From an uncultured Opitutales bacterium (GTDB lineage Bacteria > Verrucomicrobiota > Verrucomicrobiia > Opitutales > UBA9783): a DNA stretch of 32,000 nt. The notes beneath the pieces were generated by a model that had not been told where the DNA came from, searched no databases, and worked only from the letters and a program-made list of their open reading frames with translations. The position numbers were made by a program, and so were the translations under genes. Shown here one piece after another: positions 26,340 to 32,000 of this stretch. Positions within the stretch are counted from its first letter, which is position 1, and each line of letters starts with the position of its first letter. The stretch spans positions 480,001 through 512,000 of the forward strand of contig CAKUSQ010000001.1 in the NCBI GenBank assembly GCA_934691225.1, read 5' to 3'.

Positions 26340-27665
26340 TTGATAAGTTCCTTCTAGTACACTGGAAGAGGTTTTTTCAATAAAAATATTTTTAAATGTA
26401 CCTATCCAGCTGTTTTGCCCTGAAAAAATAACTTTTTTATTAAAAATATTTTTTCCGAATAATTTGTTCCCGTGTGGAGCTTTACCTTCAACAAGAACAG
26501 ATTGGATCGAATTTAGAAACTGACGGTTATAATGTGTGGAATGTATTGTTAATTGTTGTAGAAGCAATTGGTTGCGTTTTTCTTTAACATCTTCAGGTAT
26601 CCCTAGAGCAGTATCTTGTTGAGGTGCAGCCAATGTTGTTGGACGTGGGCTATATTTAAAAATGTAAGCCATATCGAATTTTATGGTTTCAAATAATTGG
26701 TAGGTTGCATCAAAATCAGCTTCTGTTTCTCCAGGATATCCTACGATGATATCTGTAGAAATAGAGATTTGAGGTTGTATTTCTCTTAATTTTTGAACAA
26801 TTTCAAGGATTTTTTCTCGTGTATATGCTCGATGCATTTCTTGCAAAATGTAATTTGAACCACTTTGTACTGGTAAATGTATGGCCGGGCAAAGTTTTTC
26901 TAAAGAAGAAAAGCATTGTATAAGTTGATCATTGAAAAATGCTGGATGTGGAGACATAAAACGGATGCGTTCTACGCCGTCTATGGCATTAATTTGTTTT
27001 AAAAGATCAACAAATGTTTTGCCTGATGCTTTATCACGATAAGAATTTACGATTTGCCCCAATAAGAAAATTTCTTTTGTGCCAGTTTTTACAGCGTTTT
27101 CAACTTCTTTGATGATAGATTCTAAAGGACGATTTTGTTGAGATCCTCGTGTTTTTGGTACAATGCAGTAAGAACAACACATGTTACAACCTTGTTGAAT
27201 GGGAACAAATAAAGAAGGTTTTATTTTTATGGAATGTTCGTAGCATTGAAAATCAAACGATTCGGGTGTCGTGGCAACATGGCACGCGTTTGATTGTGTT
27301 TGTAGTGAATGTTTTATAAGTTCTGGGACTTGAGATAAGTTTTGTGGAGAGATGATCCAGTCAAGCGTAGGGAGTTTTTTTAGTAGTTGATCCTTTTGAC
27401 GGGAAGCCATGCAGCCTAGTATACCAACGCGATAATTTGGATTTTTGCGTTTATTTTTAAGCAAGCGCCCCGCTTTCCCAATAGCTTTGCTTTCAGCGAG
27501 ATCGCGAATGCTGCAAGTATTTAGCAGGACAAGGTCAGCTTCTTTTTCATCGTCAACAATGGTATGGCCATCAGCGGTCAATAACGCTTTAAGTGTTTCG
27601 CTATCGCGCATGTTCATTTGACAGCCGTAAGTTTTTATCCAAATTTTTCGTTTTAAATCTTCCAT
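26334..27665 (-). CDS. miaB: tRNA-2-methylthio-N6-dimethylallyladenosine synthase MiaB (radical-SAM methylthiotransferase)
   Basis: 443 aa. The UPF0004 N-domain reads IWIKTYGCQMNMRDSE...LLNTCSIR. The radical-SAM cluster is GCNMCCSYCIVP. A C-terminal TRAM-like segment is present. Confidence 0.88.
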
Positions 27666-27769
27666 TTTATAAAAAAAGAATTTTTTTAATTGTCTGTTGT
27701 AGAAAATTCTGTTTCTCTAACTATAAATTACTTTAAAGTTTAAATAGTTGTTATAGCAATAAAAGATTT

Positions 27770-28393
27770 ATGAAAAAGATAAAACTTGTTGTTGAAAAGC
27801 GGGAGTTGTGTGGATCGAATGTTAGCAGTCGTTTGCGCAAGAGTGGATCTATCCCAGCCGTTATCTACGGGCATTCAGGTGCAAAGCATTTGCAAATTTT
27901 GAAACCTGATTTTCGTAAAATGATGCAAGAAAAAGGAGAAAGCGCTTCATTGATAGAAATCGTTTGTGGAAAAGAATCTGTTTTAGCAATGATGCAAGCA
28001 ACCCAGCGTAATCCTCGTAAGGATGATTATTTGCACGTTGATTTTAAGGAAATTGATCCTAAAAAAGAAATGATTGCAGAAATTCCTTTACATTTCAATG
28101 GGGAACCTTCCGGTGTTAAGGATGAAGGTGGTATTTTGGATATTGCGCGTCACAAAATTTTAGTATCTTGTTTACCAGAAAATTTGCCCGAATTTATAGA
28201 TGTTGATATTGCCAATTTGAAGCTTGGCCATTCTATCCATACGAAAAGTTTACCGCAAATCAAGGGTGTTGTTTTCAAAACCCCAGCAGAAGATGTTATC
28301 GTTTCTTGTGTAAAGATGTCAGAGGAAGAAGAGACTCCAGCTGAAACAGAAGAAGGTGGAACTGCTGCTGAAGGTGATGCAGAAAAGAAATAA
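27770..28393 (+). CDS. rplY: 50S ribosomal protein L25, long (Ctc) form
   Basis: 207 aa. It has RLRKSGSIPAVIYGHSG and HVDFKEI, with an acidic, Glu-rich C-terminal tail. Confidence 0.88.
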   Translation: MKKIKLVVEKRELCGSNVSSRLRKSGSIPAVIYGHSGAKHLQILKPDFRKMMQEKGESASLIEIVCGKESVLAMMQATQRNPRKDDYLHVDFKEIDPKKEMIAEIPLHFNGEPSGVKDEGGILDIARHKILVSCLPENLPEFIDVDIANLKLGHSIHTKSLPQIKGVVFKTPAEDVIVSCVKMSEEEETPAETEEGGTAAEGDAEKK

Positions 28394-28398
28394 ATAGT

Positions 28399-28998
28399 TT
28401 GGATTTACCCGTGGAGCTCGCTGCAAATTTTAATGTTGATTTGCTCGTAGGTTTGGGGAATCCTGGCTTTGAATATGAATTAACAAGGCATAATTTTGGG
28501 TTTTTACTACTGGATGGTTTTGTCAAAAGCAAAGGTGTTGTTTGGGAGCAAGATGTTCGTAGTAAAAGTCTGGTGTCAGAGGTCACGATGTGCGGTCGAA
28601 AAATTCATTGTTTGAAGCCACAAACATTTATGAATTTAAGTGGTGATGCTGTTCAACGGTTTTGTGCTTATTATAAAATTAAACCTTCACAGGTTTTAGT
28701 TGTGTGCGACGATATTTCTATTTCTTGGGGACATTTTAAGATTTCGACGATTCCAGGAAGTGCAGGTCACAATGGAATTAAAGATATTGCGGCGAAAATA
28801 GGTGGTGGATTTGCACGTTATCGTGTTGGATTGGGAACAAAACCTAAAGAAATGTCGTTGAACCATTTTGTTTTAAGTGCATTTACACCAGAAGAACGTG
28901 AACAATTGCCTACAATTGTTGAAACTTTTAAAAATAACATAGAAGTCATTATTGACAAAGGTGTCATAAAAGGCCTGAATTTTATAGAACGGAAATAA
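28399..28998 (+). CDS. pth: Peptidyl-tRNA hydrolase
   Basis: LLVGLGNPGFEYELTRHNFGF and GSAGHNGIKDI are Pth signatures. The start is non-ATG, either TTG 28399 or GTG 28411. Confidence 0.9.
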   Translation: MDLPVELAANFNVDLLVGLGNPGFEYELTRHNFGFLLLDGFVKSKGVVWEQDVRSKSLVSEVTMCGRKIHCLKPQTFMNLSGDAVQRFCAYYKIKPSQVLVVCDDISISWGHFKISTIPGSAGHNGIKDIAAKIGGGFARYRVGLGTKPKEMSLNHFVLSAFTPEEREQLPTIVETFKNNIEVIIDKGVIKGLNFIERK

Positions 28999-28999
28999 A

Positions 29000-29293
29000 A
29001 TGAATAGAAAGTATCAAGCAACTTTTATTTTAGATACGCATAAGTGGCGTGAGCCTATCGAAGCGTTGATTGAGCAAATTAAATCAGTTATCACAGAGAT
29101 GGGAGCTGAGATTGTTGAAGTTAAGGACATGGGGTTAAAGAATTTTGAAAGATGTCCACGTAAGGATTTTATCGCAGGTCAGTATGTTTCCATTACATGC
29201 AATGCAAGTTCTTCGTTCAATAAGATTTTACAGGAACGTATTGGTTTGAATCCTAATGTTAATCGTGTAATTGTTGAACTGGTTGAAGCTTGA
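29000..29293 (+). CDS. rpsF: 30S ribosomal protein S6
   Basis: 97 aa. The start MNRKYQATFILD, the size and the position upstream of ssb fit S6. The pattern matches the family only loosely. Confidence 0.78.
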   Translation: MNRKYQATFILDTHKWREPIEALIEQIKSVITEMGAEIVEVKDMGLKNFERCPRKDFIAGQYVSITCNASSSFNKILQERIGLNPNVNRVIVELVEA

Positions 29294-29299
29294 TTTTTT

Positions 29300-29764
29300 A
29301 TGGCGTCGTTTAACAAAGTAATGTTGATGGGCAATTTGGTGCGCGATCCAGAATTGAGGGTTACGCCGGGAGGTTTGTCCATTTGTCGATGCACTATCGC
29401 ATGTTCTCGTACAGTACGTTCTGAAAAAGCTGAGAACGGTTCACGTGAAGAGACAACGTTTGTTGATGTAGAATGTTTTGGGAAGCAAGCGGAAGTGGTT
29501 GCAAAATATTTTACAAAAGGTCGTCCTATTTTTGTAGAGGGTCGTTTGCGTTTAAATGAATGGCAGACACCTGCGGGAGAGAAACGCAGTAAATTACTGG
29601 TTGTTATGGAAAATTTTGTGTTTGTTAGTCCTAATACAGGGGGTAATGTTCCACAGAATGTTGATGCAGAAAAACCAGTCAGCAATTTCTCATACGAAAA
29701 GGTAGAGCATAGGCCAGATGCAAATGCAACGTTCAATGCATCGGATGAAGATGTTCCTTTTTAA
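29300..29764 (+). CDS. ssb: Single-stranded DNA-binding protein
   Basis: 154 aa. It has the OB fold FNKVMLMGNLVRDPELRVTPGG...FVDVECFGKQAE...GRPIFVEGRLRLNEW and the acidic C-terminal tip DEDVPF. Confidence 0.92.
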   Translation: MASFNKVMLMGNLVRDPELRVTPGGLSICRCTIACSRTVRSEKAENGSREETTFVDVECFGKQAEVVAKYFTKGRPIFVEGRLRLNEWQTPAGEKRSKLLVVMENFVFVSPNTGGNVPQNVDAEKPVSNFSYEKVEHRPDANATFNASDEDVPF

Positions 29765-29790
29765 TTTCAATTTTAAGTTAGTTATATATT

Positions 29791-30255
29791 ATGGCAAATG
29801 TAAAAGTTTTGTTGTTGAAACCAGTAAAGCATCTTGGAAATGAAGGTGAAGTTGTTTCGGTTAGAGCAGGATTTGCGAGAAATTTCTTGTTCCCTAATCG
29901 TTGGGTTATTCCTTTTTCTCGAGCAAATGAAAAACAAATAGAGGCTTTGCGGAAAGCGCGTGAGGTTAGGGAAGCAAAAGAATTGGAAGATGCACAGCAC
30001 TTAGCGGAAAAAATTCAGTCCGTTTCATTAACTATAGCTGTTAAAACTGGTGAAGAAGGTAAGTTATTCGGGTCTGTTTCTTCATTGGATTTGTGGAAAC
30101 GTTATGCAGATGAGGGTATAAATTTGGATAAAAATTGCATTCGTTTGCCTCATCCTATAAAAACATTAGGGCAGCATCATTTTCAGATCCGTTTGCACAA
30201 AGATGTGCATTTAGACTTATCCGTAGAGGTAGTGTCGGAAAATCCTATCGCTTAA
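29791..30255 (+). CDS. rplI: 50S ribosomal protein L9
   Basis: 154 aa. VKVLLLKPVKHLGNEGEVVSVRAGFARNFLFP is the canonical L9 N-domain. Confidence 0.92.
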   Translation: MANVKVLLLKPVKHLGNEGEVVSVRAGFARNFLFPNRWVIPFSRANEKQIEALRKAREVREAKELEDAQHLAEKIQSVSLTIAVKTGEEGKLFGSVSSLDLWKRYADEGINLDKNCIRLPHPIKTLGQHHFQIRLHKDVHLDLSVEVVSENPIA

Positions 30256-30275
30256 GTAAGTCCCTATTTTAGGAA

Positions 30276-31670
30276 ATGTCTAAAGAAGTCAAATCTGGGA
30301 AAACGCTTCGAGAGCCGCCTTATAGTGTGGATTTTGAACAAGCTCTTTTGGCTTCTTGTATGTTAGAAGGTGGACAAGATAGTTTAGCCAAGTGCGTTGA
30401 TTTAAAGATTACACCCAATTCTTTTTATATTCCTGCGCATGCAGAAATATTTAAGGCGTGTTTGGGACTATATAAAGCAGGTGCCCCTATCAATGTTTTG
30501 ACAGTAGGTGAACAGTTGCGAATTACAGGTTCGTTGGAACGTGTTGGAAATTACGGTTATCTTAACCAGGTTACCGATCGTATTGAAAGTCCTGCAAATT
30601 TACAATACTATGCTAAAAATGTTAAAAATCTAGAGATTGCTAGGAGTTTAGTTCGGTTTTTTTTGACGGGACTTGAAGATGCCTACCAAGGAATTGAAGA
30701 CATTGATCAGTTTTTAGAATCGGTTGAGCAGCACGTATTGGAAATTAATCAGGGGCGAGTTGAAGTTTCTGCGGTGCCGTTTGATGTTCCTTTAAGTGGA
30801 GCGATGACAACGGTGCAAAAATTGTTGTCGCACCAAGGCATGATCAATGGAGTTGCGAGTGGTTTTCGCGATTTAGATAATTTAACGAACGGTTTTCATG
30901 CTGGTGAAATGATCGTCTTAGCTGCACGACCTTCGATGGGAAAAACGGCTTTGGCTTTGAATATCGCTGAGGCGGTTATTTTAGGAAAGAAGCCTGTACC
31001 AACCTTATTTTTTAGCTTAGAAATGAGTGCGGAACAGTTGGCGATGCGTATGGTGTGCGGTCATGGTCGTATTAATATGACAAAATTGAGGACGGGTTTT
31101 CTGGACAGTTCGCAAAAAGCATTATTGGCTGGTATAGGTGAAACTTTTAAGAACGCTCCTTTTTGGATCGATGAATCTAGCAATATGACTATTTTAGAAA
31201 TGCGAGCTAAGGCGCGTCGTGTTCATTCGCAGTATCCTTTAGGATTAATTATTATTGATTATTTGCAACTAATTGCCGGAACTGATTCCAAGGTACAGCG
31301 CGAGCAGCAGATCGCTGAAATTTCGAGAGGAGTCAAAGGGTTAGCTAAAGAGTTAAACATTCCTGTGATTGTTTTAAGTCAGCTTAATCGTGAATCTGAA
31401 AAAGAAGGACGTCAACCGCGTTTGTCTGATTTGAGGGAATCGGGTTCTATTGAGCAAGATGCTGATTTAGTGCTGATATTGTCAAAAACATTCGATGAAT
31501 TAAAGTCAAAAAAGGAAGATGAAGGGAGTTTGGTGGAGAAAATTCATCAAGAGACAATTGTTCGTGATTTAATTGTAGCTAAACAGCGTAATGGTCCTGT
31601 TGGAACGGTCCATTTAACTTATTTAAAACCGTACACACGTTTTGAAAATTACGCGAGTGAAAGAGATTGA
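30276..31670 (+). CDS. dnaB: Replicative DNA helicase DnaB
   Basis: 464 aa. It has PPYSVDFEQALLASCM, the Walker A motif ARPSMGKTALALN, IIIDYLQL, VIVLSQLNRE and GSIEQDADLV. Confidence 0.94.
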   Translation: MSKEVKSGKTLREPPYSVDFEQALLASCMLEGGQDSLAKCVDLKITPNSFYIPAHAEIFKACLGLYKAGAPINVLTVGEQLRITGSLERVGNYGYLNQVTDRIESPANLQYYAKNVKNLEIARSLVRFFLTGLEDAYQGIEDIDQFLESVEQHVLEINQGRVEVSAVPFDVPLSGAMTTVQKLLSHQGMINGVASGFRDLDNLTNGFHAGEMIVLAARPSMGKTALALNIAEAVILGKKPVPTLFFSLEMSAEQLAMRMVCGHGRINMTKLRTGFLDSSQKALLAGIGETFKNAPFWIDESSNMTILEMRAKARRVHSQYPLGLIIIDYLQLIAGTDSKVQREQQIAEISRGVKGLAKELNIPVIVLSQLNRESEKEGRQPRLSDLRESGSIEQDADLVLILSKTFDELKSKKEDEGSLVEKIHQETIVRDLIVAKQRNGPVGTVHLTYLKPYTRFENYASERD

Positions 31671-31672
31671 AA

Positions 31673-32000
31673 TGAAAAAACTATATGTTCTGTTTTTATT
31701 AAATTTGTTGAATTTATGCGCATTGGCTTCAGATTTGAAGTGCATTGAAAATGAAGAAAAACGTTTAAATCATTTAAGCATAAACTTGAAAAATAATGAT
31801 AGCATATCTGAAGCTTTTGTTCGTTCGCATTTAGGTTTTAAAGTGAATGATTATATTCATTCCAAGCAGATTGATGGAGCCACACGTCAATTGATGGCAA
31901 CCGGTTGGTTTGATGCGATTGATTGGATTGCAAAACCAGCGTCTGAAGGAGATTGTTTTGATTTGACACTTACTTTGGATGTTTGTCCTAAAATAGAGAA
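31673..32000 (+). CDS. bamA: Outer-membrane protein assembly factor BamA-like (N-terminal fragment; continues beyond the window)
   Basis: An ATG at 31673 opens a frame that runs to the window end. It is not in the track. The signal peptide is MKKLYVLFLLNLLNLCALA. A POTRA-like segment follows (ISEAFVRSHLGFKVNDYIHSKQIDGATRQLMATGWFDAIDW...LTLTLDVCPKIE). Confidence 0.55.

Noticed and set aside
27666-27769. AT-only inverted repeats, GAATTTT-N18-AAAATTC and A7GAAT7, lie in the miaB/rplY divergent intergenic region.
   Set aside because: Short AT palindromes are expected by chance at this base composition. There is no supporting conservation evidence.
29179-29736. A 185-aa minus-strand ORF lies antisense to the end of rpsF and to almost all of ssb. 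That is long for an AT-rich genome.
   Set aside because: The plus-strand products carry unmistakable S6 and SSB motifs. The antisense product is low-complexity, Ser/Thr/Pro-rich and motif-free. Long shadow ORFs opposite relatively GC-rich, strongly codon-biased genes are a common artefact.

Overview
The window is AT-rich and very tightly packed. It carries about 40 protein genes and one tRNA, almost all core housekeeping functions of a diderm (LPS-containing) bacterium. Intergenic gaps are mostly 0-40 bp, and several gene ends overlap.

Gene content, left to right:
- dnaG (partial), an LptF/G permease, rlmD-like methyltransferase, lpxA, a fused lpxC/fabZ, HIT protein and a Ste24-like M48 protease, all on the minus strand.
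- xseB, a YkuD-like protein and an M23 peptidase.
- Heptose genes hldA and gmhB, then an MFS transporter.
- trmL, smpB, rpoZ and hup.
- An orphan prepilin-type protein, then birA and bioY.
- pntAB, pntB and ruvB.
- An atypical receiver-domain protein, ndk, ptsI and a small beta-barrel OMP with a clean terminator.
- tRNA-Glu(CUC), lysS, a GT8 glycosyltransferase and a WaaL-like O-antigen ligase.
- miaB, then rplY, pth, rpsF, ssb, rplI, dnaB and the start of a BamA-like gene.

I found no CRISPR array, IS element, integrase, rRNA or obvious pseudogene. I cannot point to a convincing multi-gene novel system.

The most unusual locus is the visibly more AT-rich GT8 / O-antigen-ligase pair. The ligase gene carries two in-frame tandem repeats: (GTTGCY)x10 encoding (Val-Ala)10, and an 18-bp unit x4-5 encoding RKLIDN. 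It also has a T9 tract.

Secondary oddities:
- an orphan response-regulator-like protein with an inserted receiver domain and an unknown C-terminal domain;
- a DnaG whose zinc-ribbon ligands are mostly substituted;
- a BirA with a divergent GRGRRGR loop next to bioY;
- pntAB-pntB without pntAA;
- rpsF-ssb-rplI without rpsR.

The lineage cannot be determined from the sequence alone. The fused LpxC/FabZ and the prepilin-type N-terminus are loosely consistent with Bacteroidota- or PVC-like lineages. All homology statements are motif recognition by eye, not database searches.
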